From the NCBI RefSeq assembly GCF_963506605.1, contig NC_083283.1:78430001-78494000 (forward strand): a DNA stretch of 64,000 nucleotides. The letters are read 5' to 3'. Within the stretch, counting starts at the first letter, position 1, and every line of letters starts with the position of its first letter. This DNA is from Zootoca vivipara. Its lineage: Eukaryota. Positions 14,522 through 26,655 of this stretch are shown piece by piece. The translations under genes were made by a program, and so were the position numbers. A model generated the notes under the pieces. The model did not search any database. It worked only from the letters and a program-made list of their open reading frames with translations, and had not been told where the DNA came from.

Positions 14522-15128
14522 AATCAGGAGTCAACTCTTCAAATGTTAAAAAGTGAAAGAGCAGAAAGCTGACAGTTGCTCTCTCGTTTTGTACAAGACC
14601 TCAAATCCTGTCTCTCGATAGTAGTGGATTAATCCTGAAGCAAGTCATCAAAGCTTCATGCAGTTTAAAGTATGCATGTGACACAAAGCCAAGCTGCAGT
14701 GCAGAAGCAGCAGAAGCAGCACTCTCCAACAGATTAAGCTGAGAGAGATGTTCATCAGTGATAAATCCCCCCCACACAGCAGTAAGGGCAGGGCCTACAT
14801 CTCTATCATCAAGTGTCGCCAGGTAGAAAGCCTTAAATTACACCTAGAATTGACTTGCTCTTTCCAGCAGCAGATGTCTCTGAAGCTATTCCATTACACA
14901 AGCCCTCCTTGTGGGTATGAAAGCAGTGAGGATCCAATAATTTCGACAGCATGCTATTCATAAACCAATATTTTATGTAGATAAAATATTTAATCCTAAA
15001 TCCATGGGATTAAAGAGCTAGTAAATGATTTTTAACTTATATTATCTTAGCGGCTCTTAAACTACAGGTTGGGACCTCTTGGGGAAGAGTGCAAGGCTTT
15101 TAGATGTTTGGATGGAAAGTACCTAGGA

Positions 15129-15574
15129 CATGGGTACGCAAACTAAGGCCTGGGGGCCAGATCCGGCCCAATCACCTTCTAAATCTGGCCCGCAGACTGT
15201 CCGGGAATCAGCCTGTTTTACATGAGTAGAATATGCACTTTTATTTAAAATGCATCTCTGGGTTATTTGTGGAGCCTGCCTGGTATTTTTGCATGAGTAG
15301 AATGTGTGCTTTTATTTAAAATGCACCCTCTGGGTTATTTGTGGGGCATAGGAACAGGGCCGGCTCTAGGTATAGTTCCGGTGGTGCGGGACGCCAGGGC
15401 GCTGCGAGGCTGGGCGCTGCAAGGGGGGGCGCCGGAGCGATCTCCGTGCCTCAGCGCCAGGGCGCCCGACCTGCTCGAGACTGCCCTGCATAGGAATTCA
15501 TTCATTTTTTGTCCCCCCACAAGGTCTGAGGGACAGTGGACCGGCCCCCTGCTGAAAAAGTTTGCTGACCCCTG
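15129..15574. mobile_element. Non-autonomous hAT (Charlie-like) element carrying a nested hAT MITE
   Basis: 8-bp TSD acctagga (15121-15128, 15575-15582); right end tttgctgacccctg; internal ~65-bp tandem duplication. Confidence 0.88.
15355..15488. mobile_element. GC-rich hAT MITE nested in the 15129-15574 element
   Basis: Ends cagggc / gccctg; 8-bp TSD cataggaa (15347-15354, 15489-15496); related to 53552-53755. Confidence 0.85.
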
Positions 15575-15829
15575 ACCTAGGAAGTAGTAAACCCTGCAGC
15601 AATCAGTCAGAGATAGCATTAGTATCAGCATTTTGGTGGCTGTAATTGTGGAAACTGAAGAGGGAGCGAAAACATGGGAGCTTCTAGCCACAGCAACCAC
15701 ACTCCCCATACATCTCCTTCCCTGGTTGGGTGGCTTCAGGAGAGTGTCCTGCACATTAGAGTGTCTGTTCCGTCCCTCTAATGCCAGTGTGGGATTAGTC
15801 CCCTAGTTCACAGATACTCATGCAAACAA

Positions 15830-16020
15830 TAGTAGTCATACCTCATGTTGTATCCGCTTCAGGTTGCGTCTTTTCAGCTTGCGAACGCGGCAAACCCAGA
15901 AGTGTTTACTTCCGGGTTTTGCTTCACGCGTGCGCAGAAGCACTGCTCTCGTTGCGGACTTTTTGGGGTGTGAATGGCACCCCGGAACGGATCGTGTCCG
16001 CAACCAGCGTTACCATTGTA
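15830..16020. mobile_element. Degraded Tc1/mariner (Tigger-like) MITE
   Basis: Degenerate tagtcatacctc ... gttaccattgta termini resembling tacagtggtacc ends; CpG-rich, internally palindromic. Confidence 0.5.
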
Positions 16021-16086
16021 TGAGAATTCTGGCCACTTGCCTCCAGAAGAATCACTGCTGCTGAGTTTGGAGACAGAGGGCTGGTA

Positions 16087-16789
16087 AAGGTAAAGGGACC
16101 CCGGACCATTAGGCCCAGTCGTGACCGACTCTGGGGTTGCGGTGCTAATCTTTCAATATTGGCAGAGGGAGCCGGCGTACAGCTTCCTGGTCATGTAACC
16201 AGCATGGCAAAGCCACTTCTGGCGAACCAGAGCAGCGCACGGAAACGCCATTTACCTTCCCGCTGTAGCAGTACAGTGGTACCTCGGTTTATGAACACAA
16301 TTGGTTCCGGAAGTCTGTTCATAAACTGAAGCGTTCATAAACTGAAGCGAACTTTCCCATTGAAAGTAATGGAAAGTGGATTAATCCGTTCCAGACAGTC
16401 CGCGGAGTACTTAAACTGAAGCGTTCATAAACTGAAGCAAACTTTCCCTTTGAAAGTAATGGAAAGTGGATTAATCCGTTCCAGACGGGTCCGCGGAGTA
16501 CTTAAACTGAAATGTTCATAAACTGAAGCATGGGTGTAATTGGTTACGGAAGTCTGTTCATAAACTGAAGCGTTCATAAACTGAAGCGAACTTTCCCATT
16601 GAAAGTAATGGAAAATGAATTAACCCGTTCCAGATGGGTCCACGGCGTTCATAAACCGAAAATTCATAAACCGAGGTGTTCATAAACCGAGGTTCCACTG
16701 TACCTGTTTATCTACTTGCACTCTGACGTGCTTTCGAGCTGCTAGGTTGGCAGGAGCTGGGACCGAGCCACGGGAGCTCACCCCATCAC
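16087..16789 (-). mobile_element. 5'-truncated Sauria SINE interrupted by a mariner MITE
   Basis: (AAAGGT)n tail at ~16084-16097; body homologous to the 26336 and 28261 copies; TSD gggctggta (16078-16086, 16790-16798). Confidence 0.9.
16274..16700. mobile_element. Tc1/mariner (Tigger-like) non-autonomous element with internal ~90-bp repeats
   Basis: TIR cagtggtacctcggtttatgaac / gttcataaaccgaggttccactg; TA TSD (16272-16273, 16701-16702); three internal units with ttcataaactgaagcg...gaaagtaatggaaa...ccgttccaga. Confidence 0.92.
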
Positions 16790-18089
16790 GGGCTGGTAGA
16801 GCTAGGCAAAAATCCTGTACCGCTTTCGTGTTTCATTGGGAGCAAGTCCCAATGAACCCAGTGGGACTTTTTCAGAGTAGATATGCGGTTAATTTCAGAA
16901 GACAATCTGAGTTCAAAGAGTTTTTTGGAACTTTGCAAATTCCTTTTTGAAATGATCTGGCAGAGGAAGAGGCAAATGCTATTTGTTGAAATATATTTGT
17001 TTTCCATCAAGCCCAATTCACACACTTGTTCTGAAGCACTAGAGTCCTCACAAATTACTATAAGGAGCCATTTGTGTCAAAAGTTTGCTCTGTCAGAGAG
17101 AAGACCTTCAAGTCTTCTTTGTGATTTGTTAACCTTTTGATGCACTTCTACCTAGCAAATAGATACCTAGCAAACTGCCTCCCCATTGCAACCCTGATCT
17201 CCCTCTCAGATCTTCTAAAACAGCCATGCTGACCATACCCCAACTGGTGAAATGCCATCTCAAAAATTAGCTTCTCAGTAGTACCACCCACTCTCTAGAA
17301 CACAGTCCCACACAAGGCAGAAGTTAAAGCATCTCCTGAAGAGCCATCTATTTAAGAAGCCTTTCACTGGCTCATACAATTCATCTGCTTGTTCTGCTTG
17401 TTCTTATTGATATATTTATTCATTTTGTTTCATTTTGGTTATAATTTTCCGACTTTTATCTTATCTTTTCTGACTTTTAAGTATCTTATTGTGTTTTAGG
17501 TAAACCATTTTAAGCAATGCAGAAATATTATTAATATAAATAATTGTTACCAACATGGGTGGTTGAAACACATGGGAGTTTATTATTTTACACAGATTAA
17601 TTTAATTTAAAATAAATTAAAACATTAAACAATTTTTTTTAAAAAAAGTTTATAAAATCACCATGCAATGACTTTATCTTAATGATTGTAAATGACAATT
17701 CTGAGGGACTCAAAATATTTTTATAACATGAGGAAGTCAACTATGATCATTTTGAAATATATTGTTCTTGAAAACCTTAACATGTACAAAAAACCCTTCA
17801 AAACAATATAACTAGGAAGCATCAATGTTTCATTTCTGTTAATTTATCCCTTTACATAAGTAAAGAACCCCACTGCTCTAAAATATAGTTCCTACAGGAC
17901 CCAAAATATTCATGGTTTATGTTTTATCTGATTGCATATCCAAAAGAAACCCAACCAGAAAAAACTAGATAGTGATCAATGCCCCCTTTAACCAAATAAG
18001 CAAATAAATTTAAAAAGTCGTGAAATCAGTAAGACTCAATTCCAACTGTGCTTAGAACATGTTTATTTTTATTACTGTTTTGGTAAGGG

Positions 18090-18220
18090 CAGTGCTTTTT
18101 TTCTTTAAAATCACCATTTTATAGTTCAAATCAGGAAAAATAAATACAGTAAATGGACAAAAGTAGAAAGATTCACAAAATGTTTAGGGAAAGAGTACCC
18201 CCAGGGAAAAAAAAGCACTG
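18090..18220. mobile_element. hAT MITE
   Basis: TIR cagtgcttttttt / aaaaaaagcactg; 8-bp TSD ggtaaggg (18082-18089, 18221-18228); homologous to ~57303-57467. Confidence 0.88.
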
Positions 18221-18562
18221 GGTAAGGGCAAGTTACAACAATCAGTATGAATGTGCATTAACAGTTGTCAGAGCACATGTAACAGATTACCCTAAACTCA
18301 AAGTAAATTATTAAAACCAAGTCTGTTCTGTCTTTCTTGCTGCACAGATAATACCCAAACAACATATTGAATTGGCCAATGGCCATGAGGTTATAGGTTC
18401 AAACCCCACAAAAACGTAAGCAGAACATTTCTGACTACAATAACATTTTTGTGACGTGAGAATGGTCCCTAAATTAGTGGTACAGCAAGTGCTCTGTACA
18501 GTCCTAGGCTCAATCTCCAGAGAAAATATTTCAAACAGGAGTAAGAAAGGTCTCTGCCAAAG

Positions 18563-18739
18563 ATCATAGAATCATAGAGTTGGAAGAGACCACAAGGGCC
18601 ATCCAGTCCAACCCCCTGCCAAGCAGGAAACACCATCAAAACATTCTTGACATGTGGCTGTCAAGCCTCTGCTTAAAGACATCCAAAGGAGGAGACTCCA
18701 CCACACTCCTTGGTAGCAAATTCCACTGCCGAACAGCTC
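18563..18739 (-). mobile_element. CR1 LINE 3' end (5'-truncated)
   Basis: atcatagaatcatagagttggaagagacc tail; nearly identical to the 3' end of the 60907 copy. Confidence 0.9.
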
Positions 18740-19552
18740 CTAACTCAGATCATGGAAAGCTAGTCAGAGAAGACTAAGCTGAGTTAGGACGACTCTCAAT
18801 AACCAAAGGTTTGAAATGAAATAAGGCGGCTTTCGGTATTTGCTGTTAAATCTAACTTTGTTTGTGAAGGTAATGATGTTTTATTGTGCTAAAGTTATAG
18901 CACTGGGGAAGTAACCACGTGCTATCAGTGAATCACCTTTTTCCTGGCTCCTTAATTATCCATATCAGTCTCATTTGAGAACCTACAGCATTTAAAATGC
19001 TAACATTTTAATGAGGGACCATGAAGATTGAAAACAGCATGGGCACTGATCTGTTCAAAGGAGGGGAAAAGTCTGAAGTCCAGCTGGACAGATTTCAGTT
19101 TGAAATGTGATATGTCCTGAAGCCTATTAGGAAACAGCTTTGTGACTTGCTGGAGACTGCTATTATGGTTGTGGAGCTTGATGTTTGTGAATTTGAAAAG
19201 GAAACAACTGATGGGGAACGGATTAAGCGCCCACACTCCTCTAAAAATCACAGCTTCCGTTTTTCAGTTTTTTGTTTTAAGTGGTTTAGTTAAATGCATT
19301 TACGTGTAGGCTGAGGTCTATCCCAAACTTGGTACCAAACATCCTTTTACTGGAAATGCTAGGATACATGCCTGGATTTTCCACATATTACCCACTTATG
19401 GCATAAAAATGAAACTGGAGAACAATGCTATAAAGCAATACTAACAACAATGGTTTACCAATGAAGATTCAAAATATTTTGATTATACAATTACACTAAA
19501 GTTTATTGTGAGGACCAAGCCTTTACACAGATATCTACACAACAATATTAAA

Positions 19553-20394
19553 ATTTATTGCATACAGCCCCAGCAATGACCTCATCCCACAAAACAAAAA
19601 GAAGTTACAACAAGAACGAATTTATGAAGACATTAACGGGATCTTCCTTGTCAGTAAAAGATCTTTCCCTAGCTTTCATGGCCTTCATCACATAGACCGC
19701 TACCACGTGGTAAATCTGTGGATTGGCATCAATAATAATTTTACGTGATCTTTGGGGTTATTTATTGAATTGGGTATGATTTGCAGAATCCCACCTCTAA
19801 AGCTCGAGTAAAGAGGACAATGACGAAGGTAATGTATAAGGTCCTCTTTAGTTCTCATGGGGCAAGGGCACAGGCTCTACTGGAATTCTGGCAAATCTGC
19901 CAGCCAAGTATGCAGTAGGCATTGTTTGAAGCCGAGCCATAGTAAAAGCTCTCCGAAGAGTGACTGCTTTTAGTAGGGGAAACCAATAAGAGAGTCCAGA
20001 GTTTTTTTATCTTCATGGTGTCTGAAGAGGCACCATGAAAGATCCATTCTCAAATTTTATCAGGGCTCCACAATTTAAGAATATTAAACTCAGGAAGGGT
20101 ATATCTGGATAAAATATCTAAGAGGTTTTGACACCAAGTAGAGTTATGTTGGAAAGATGCATAGGCTTGTTTAGCCAGTAGAGCGTTCGGAGCATTTTCG
20201 AGATTGATAAATGAGCTCAGAAATCTTAAGTGGGCCCTAGCAGACACAGAAGGTAATCTCACTTCCACTCTTAGAAAAGCTGCTGGGGTTCCTTGAAGGA
20301 GGCCTAAGATTCTTTTAAGATAAGAGTTCTGTAAAATTTCAAGCCGATTTAGCAACTTCTGGTTACACCCCCAGAGTTCTACCCCATATAACAT
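19553..20394 (-). mobile_element. Non-LTR retrotransposon 3' fragment (RTE-X-like)
   Basis: ORF 20050-20394 LYGVELWG...LEILQN..LKRILG...TP..LR.E (post-RT thumb region), then a degenerate CPC...H...HCPLY zinc knuckle and an AATAAA end at ~19555. Clade assignment is tentative. Confidence 0.7.
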
Positions 20395-21895
20395 CTGTAT
20401 ATCAAATAATGTAAAACAGCAATTACATTGGGGAGGGACACATCAAAGTTGACACCAGATGGCATAACTAGTATGTTAGCTGGGATTTGATTTTTTCCAT
20501 CTGCTATCTAAGCAGCATAGTGTTTGCACATATTCAAGCAATATCAACGAAGCACAAATGTTAGCCTCTGATCACAGAGATTACAATATTAGATATGTTG
20601 TCTGCAAATAGCATCATGTTCTGGAAAGTAATCCGCACGTGTCACATCTATTGCCAGCTATGAAACAGTTATGTAAAACACATGATCTATACTGTGCAAC
20701 TTGATGGAGAAAGTTTACCAACCTAAAAAGAGAAAATGTATTGAGAATATGAGCTTTGAAAGTATCTCATTAAACAAGATCATTTGCATTCATGCAGCAA
20801 AATAGGCATGTGTTTATAAATTTGATGTGTTGAACTTGTGTGATATGTTAGCTGAAACAGGTCTGCATAACTTAGGACACATCATGCCATACGCAGCGTA
20901 CAACCCATTTATTATGGCCTACCAGGTTCATAGTAATTATACTCACCAATTATACTCACCAACTCCTTCCACATTTAATACCCTAAAGCTTTCCCTTCCC
21001 GACTGATTTCTGAAACCACTTCTCTTCTATTCCCCACTTTTCACCTTCACCCCATGTCCACGCCTCCTCCTTTTGTGCAACTGCCCCTGTATACAAACCA
21101 CCCCCATTGTAACCTCCTGCATCCACCACCCACATTGCAACAAGCACACTTTTCACCTTCTGCTCAGTTGTTAAGTCATTGTCCCCTCCTATTCTTCAGA
21201 CCCTTTCATGCCCCTGCTATCATCTGCAACCCCCATTCCCATGCCTCCTATTCCCTTTTCTGCAACCCACTTTTTCCTTCACTTTTTCCTTCACCCTCCT
21301 CCTTACTTTTCTCAACTCTCCCTTGCACACCAACCACCTCCAATTTCCATGCCTCCTCCTGTCTCCTATTCTGCAGTCCCCTCTGTGTACATTACCCATG
21401 ATTATACAGCTTACTGTATCTTTAAGATGAACAGACTCTTCAGAGCAAGCATGTCAATTAGCTCGTTCAATTAGAAAAGGTTAAAGTGGTTGCATGTTTG
21501 CTTATTAATAAAACATACAGTATTTTCTAAATTATTACACTGAATCTGGAACCTCATATTGAAGACAACAAACGTTACCAGATATGAAATACATTGTAGA
21601 AGTCCAACGCTTGGCAACATTTGACATCCTCTCCGCCCACCACCACAGCCCTCATGCTACCGGTATCTAGTTACTGCTTTCCCAAATTTTGGAAGGAGGT
21701 GGGAGGCCTCTAGGACCCTGCCAAAGCCTCACGTGTCCTTCCTAAAGCCCTGTGCATAGCTTAGCCATTTGTGTGAATGCAGTGTGAGAGTAACAATTTT
21801 TGGCCTCCCCCACCCCCCCAACACACACTGTGCATGTGCACAAGACAAGGCAGTGTGCAGCCTATGGATTCTATGCTGAAGTACTCTTGCAACCC

Positions 21896-23340
21896 GTTGT
21901 TGTTGTTGTTTAGTCGTTTAGTCATGTCCGACTCTTCGTGACCCCATGGACCATAGCACGCCAGGCACTCCTGTCTTGCACTGCCTCCCGCAGTTTGGTC
22001 AAACTCATGTTCGTAGCTTCGAGAACACTGTCCAACCATCTTGTCCTCTGACGTCCCCTTCTCCTAGTGCCCTCAATCTTTCCCAACATCAGGGTCTTTT
22101 CCAAGGATTCTTCTCTTCTCATGAGGTGGCCAAAGTATTGGAGCCTCAGCTTCACGATCTGTCCTTCCAGGGAGCACTCAGGGCTGATTTCCTTAAGAAT
22201 GGATAGGTTTGATCTTCTTGCAGTCCATGGGACTCTCAAGAGTCTCCTCCAGCACCACAATTCAAAAGCATCAATTCTTCAGCGATCAGCCTTCTTTATG
22301 GTCCAGCTCTCACTTCCATACATCACTACTGGGAAAACCATAGCTTTAACTATACGGACCTTTGTCGGCAAGGTGATGTCTCTGCTTTTTAAGATGCTGT
22401 CTAGGTTTGTCATTGCTTTTCTCCCAAGAAGCAGGCGTCTTTTAATTTCGGGACTCCTGTCACCATCTGCAGTGATCAAGGAGCCCAAGAAGGTGAAATC
22501 TCTCACTGCCTCCATTTCTTCCCCTTCTATTTGCCAGGAGGTGATGGGACCAGTGGCCATGACCTTGGTTTTTTTGATGTTGAGCTTCAGACCATATTTT
22601 GCACTCTCCTCTTTCACCCTCATTAAAAGGTTCTTTAATTCCTCCTCGCTTTCTGCCATCAAGGTTGTGTCATCTGCATATCTGAGGTTGTTGATATTTC
22701 TTCCGGCAATCTTAATTCCGGTTTGGGATTCATCTAGTCCAGCCTTTCGCATGATGAATTCTGAATATAAGTTAAATAAGCAGGGAGACAATATACAACC
22801 TTGTCGTACTCCTTTCCCAATTTTGAACCACTCAGTTGTTCCATATCCAGTTCTAACTGTAGCTTCTTGTCCCACATAGAGATTTCTCAGGAGACAGATG
22901 AGGTGATCAGGCACTCCCATTTCTTTAAGAACTTGCCATAGTTTGCTGTGGTCGACACAGTCAAAGGCTTTTGCATAGTCAATGAAGCAGAAGTAGATGT
23001 TTTTCTGGAACTCTCTAGCTTTCTCCATAATCCAGCGCATGTTTGCTATTTGGTCTCTGGTTCCTCTGCCCTTTCGAAATCCAGCTTGCACTTCTGGGAG
23101 TTCTCGGTCCACATACTGCTTAAGCCTGCCTTGTAGCATTTTAAGCATAACCTTGCTAGCGTGTGAAATGAGCGCAATTGTGCGGTAGTTGGAGCATTCT
23201 TTGGCACCGCCCTTCTTTGGAATTGGGGTGTAGACTGATCTTCTCCAATCCTCTGGCCATTGCTGAGTTTTCCAAACTTGCTGGCATATTGGGTATATTT
23301 AAAAGATGATGCTGTTAAGGTGCTACACCCAATATGCCAG
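21896..23340 (-). mobile_element. Bov-B (RTE clade) LINE, 5'-truncated, with short 5' inversion
   Basis: ORFs 22279-23148 (RT: QAGFRKGRGTRDQI, FIDYAKAFDCVDH, YADD) and 21922-22260 are separated only by one CGA>TGA-type stop; (CAA)n tail; 12-bp TSD ctcttgcaaccc (21884-21895, 23341-23352). Confidence 0.97.
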
Positions 23341-23496
23341 CTCTTGCAACCCACTTGGTATGAAAAATTGGGCCGCCCTGTACTATAAAATATTTGAGAG
23401 ATCCACATCCTTTATCTCTCACACATGAGGCAGCTGTGGTATGGAAGTGGGAGAAGCTTAAGACAGACATTTTTTCCTATCATCATCACCATCATA

Positions 23497-24185
23497 ATGA
23501 ATTTTTATTATACCCTGCCCTTCACAGCTAGAATCAGGGTCAGGGCAGCTAACACCCAAAAAATTACAATAAAACGTAAAAGAAAAAGAAAAACAGTTAA
23601 TTAAAATACGGGTTAAAATACAATTTAAAATGCAGCCTCATTTTAGTAGTAGCCCATAAATCAAAACCATAAGGGGAGGGAAACATAAGGCTCAGACTGA
23701 GTCCAAACCAAAGACCAGGCGGAACAGCTCCGTCTTGCAGGCCCTGCAGAAATATGTCAAATCCTGCAGGGCCCTGGTCTCTTGTGACAGAGCGTTCCAC
23801 CAAGTCAGGGCCAGTACTGAAAAGGCCCTGGCCCTAGTTGAGACCAATCTAACCATCTTGTGGCTCGGGACCTCCAAAGTGTTGTTATTTGTGGACCTTA
23901 AGGTCCTCCGTGGGGCATACCAAGAGAGGTGGTCCCGTAGATACGAGGGTCCTAGGTCGCATAGGGCTTGGGCTTTAAACCAGCACCTTAAACCTGACCC
24001 TGTACTCCACCAGAAGCCAGTGCAGCTGGTAAAGCACTGTATGAAGTGGTCCCGCAGCAAGGACCCCATAAGGAGCCTCGCCACGGCATTCTGCACCCGC
24101 TGGAGTTTCTGGGTCAGCTTCAAGGGCAGCCCCGCGTAGGGCGAGTTACAATAATCAAGCCTGGAGGTGACCATCACATGGATCA
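23497..24185 (-). mobile_element. L2 LINE 3' fragment
   Basis: ORF 23692-24186 VTSRLDYCNS.YAGLPLKLTQKLQRVQNA...RAFSV...WWNAL; 3'UTR matches the 34087-34479 copy. Confidence 0.9.
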
Positions 24186-24268
24186 CTACTTTTTGCCTCT
24201 CAGTTCCTCTCCAACCCTCCTTTATTCAAACCTCTGCTGTCGTTTAAAACCACTATTTCCCTCTGTAA

Positions 24269-24358
24269 CATAGCTGCCAAGTTATCCCTTATTTTCAGGG
24301 AAATTCCATTATGCTGAATAGGCTTCCTCGTGAGAAAAGGGAAAACTTGGCAGCTATG
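24269..24358. mobile_element. Short MITE
   Basis: TIR catagctgccaagtt / aacttggcagctatg; flanking duplication cctctgtaa / cctctgtag. Confidence 0.75.
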
Positions 24359-25482
24359 CCTCTGTAGTCTTCCATCTTCTGCCTGCTCTTCTGCGCCCCT
24401 CCCTGCTCTATGACTTCATGCTAATCCAGGATTGTGACACAGCACTACAGTGGGGGCTGCACGATGATAGCTGTACATTTTGGACAGATATCTTGCATCT
24501 CAAATGCAGTTTTGCTGTCCTAGACAGACAGTAGAAATTTAACAAGCACACGTTGAGTGGGCTTACATAGCAGGTAGCCTGTATTCAACCCAGTAGGCCA
24601 AAGCGTGTGCAAATCTAGTCTAAAGTTCTCGACCAGGCCCATAGAAATCCTCTCTGCTATGAAACTCAGTGGGTGGGCCTTGAATAAGACACACACACCC
24701 TCATCCTAACTTACCTCACAAGCTACTGCAAGGATAAACAACTTGCTCTGACCTCCCTAGGAGGAACAGGGCACAAATGTAGTATTTCAAACTTCAATAC
24801 AGATTCTAAGCCTTTAACATCCCTTACATTTTACATAACTTCTATTTCTTTGACTAATATAAAGGTTTATTACCAATCTGGTTATTTTATGGCAACTTTT
24901 GCAATATCCGAACATGGATTTAGAAATACCGCAACTTGTAAACCATCAAGTCAAATGCAATTTGTAAGCCAGGTGTGATGCTTGCAGCTCACCAGGGACC
25001 ACCTGTTTTGGTCCAGGGCTGCAAAACAGGGGCTACAATACATGGCTTGCAGGCTATTTGTATAGGACAAAATTTCTGTAGGCCTAATTTAAGAGACACA
25101 TTTTTTTAAAAAAAAAAAACATTCACTATTTTATCTTTTTCACAGCGGTGTAAAAAACAGAAGCAGGTGTTTAACTGAATTAGAAGGTTAGAGGAAACCA
25201 GGGCAAGCCCAAGTATTAAGCAAAATGTAAAAGTGGCAGGTTTAAGCCACCATGAAATGGGACAAAATGTCAATTTCATTCATACAATACTGCTACCATG
25301 GGGCGGGGGAGGGGGGGACAACCAGCAAAACTATACAAAGTGTCTACATAACAATCAATTTGAAGCACAGCAAAACATTTTAGGCAGTTGAAAAGGTTAG
25401 ATTAAACAAGGATAATGAAAACAGACATACCGTAGAAGGATGGATTGTCACAAACACTGACACAACTAACAAACTGAAACCA

Positions 25483-25732
25483 AATAAAAAAATTCCTTCA
25501 GTAGCACCTTAAAGACCAACTAAGTTTTTATTTTGGTATGAGCTTTCGTGTGCATGCACACTTCTGAAGAAGTGTGTGAAGGTGTGAAGAAGAAGAAGTG
25601 TGAAGGTATCTGAAGAAGTGTGCATGCACACGAAAGCTCATACCAAAATAAAAACTTAGTTGGTCTTTAAGGTGCTACTGAAGGAATTTTTTTATTTTAC
25701 TTCGATCCAGACCAACACGGCTACCTACCTGT
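25483..25732 (+). mobile_element. Penelope-like element remnant with inverted pseudo-LTR segment
   Basis: ~80-bp inverted arms (~25483-25565 vs ~25613-25697), tail agaccaacacggctacctacctgt, flanking duplication aaactgaaacca (25471-25482, 25733-25744), hammerhead core; homologous to 57008-57221. Confidence 0.85.
25605..25644 (+). ncRNA. Minimal type I hammerhead ribozyme motif (Penelope-type)
   Basis: GGTAT-CTGAAGA-A-GTGTG-CATG-CACAC-GAA-AGCT-C-ATACC: stem I GGTAT/ATACC, core CUGANGA and GAAA, stem II GTGTG/CACAC, palindromic AGCU in place of helix III, predicted cut after C25639. Confidence 0.75.
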
Positions 25733-26335
25733 AAACTGAAACCAGGTGTCTTGAAATCCTACTCTTCAGATTTCACAATGTGCCCTTACATTGGGAGTAC
25801 TGTTTTGATTACACAGCTCAGGCACCAAAATTGCCTTGGACCATTTGGCCTTGTGTGTTCCACCTCCTTCCCAGAGGTTCTTCTTCATCCCATTTTTATT
25901 GGCCAGCATCATTCAAAATCCACACCCGCAAGGAAGAAGTTGTTTGTGAAGCCTAGCTAGTGTTTCTGTCCTAACCTCTGGCCTCTAACTGACACCAATC
26001 CAGACTTAGCTGCTGGGTTCCTAATACACACAAATGACTTTCCTTATTGAAAAAGATTAAGGAAATTGTATTTAATAGAACATCTGATGTCAATTATTAC
26101 CACATCTAAAAGTAGCCTTGCCAGGTAAAATGACTCAGCTGGTAATGCTGGATCCTTTGTACATGAGGTCATTATCTCATTATCTATGTTGTGAACAGGT
26201 TATTTCTAGCTGCCTTTGTCAGAATAAAGGTCATAAACTCTGCAGAATTATTTTCCTCCACTGTCCGAATGCAGATATATGCATTTGTCACTACTATTGT
26301 CTTGCTAGTTTTTACGGTTACTACCTTTATTTACA

Positions 26336-26655
26336 GGGACGCGGGTGGCGCTGTGGTCTAAACCACAGAGCCTAGGGCTTGCCAATCAGAAGGTTAGCAG
26401 TTCAAATCCCCGCGACGGGGTGAGCTCCTGTTGCTCGGTCCCAGCAGTTCGAAAGCACATCAAAAGTGCAAGAAAATAAATAGGTACCGCTCCAGTGTGA
26501 AGGCAAACGGTGTTTCGCCAGAAGCGGCTTACTCATGCTGGCCCCATGACCCGGAAGCTGTCTGCGGACAAATGCCAGCTCCCTTGGCTTAAAGAGTGAG
26601 ATGAGCCCCACAACCCCAGTCGTCCACGACTGGACCTAATGGTCAGGGGTACCTT
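26336..26655 (+). mobile_element. Sauria SINE, full length
   Basis: tRNA-like head gggacgcgggtggcgctgtgg...gttcaaatccc; (ACCTTT)n tail; TSD tacctttatttaca (26322-26335, 26656-26669). Confidence 0.93.

Noticed and set aside
16300-16690. Regularly repeated units resembling a CRISPR array
   Set aside because: Eukaryotic context; the spacers are themselves repeated and lie within mariner TIRs with a TA TSD.
22067-22879. 270-aa + strand ORF
   Set aside because: Antisense shadow of the Bov-B RT frame.
26336-26412. tRNA-like A/B boxes (also 28261, 46260, 48460)
   Set aside because: SINE heads; no complete cloverleaf.
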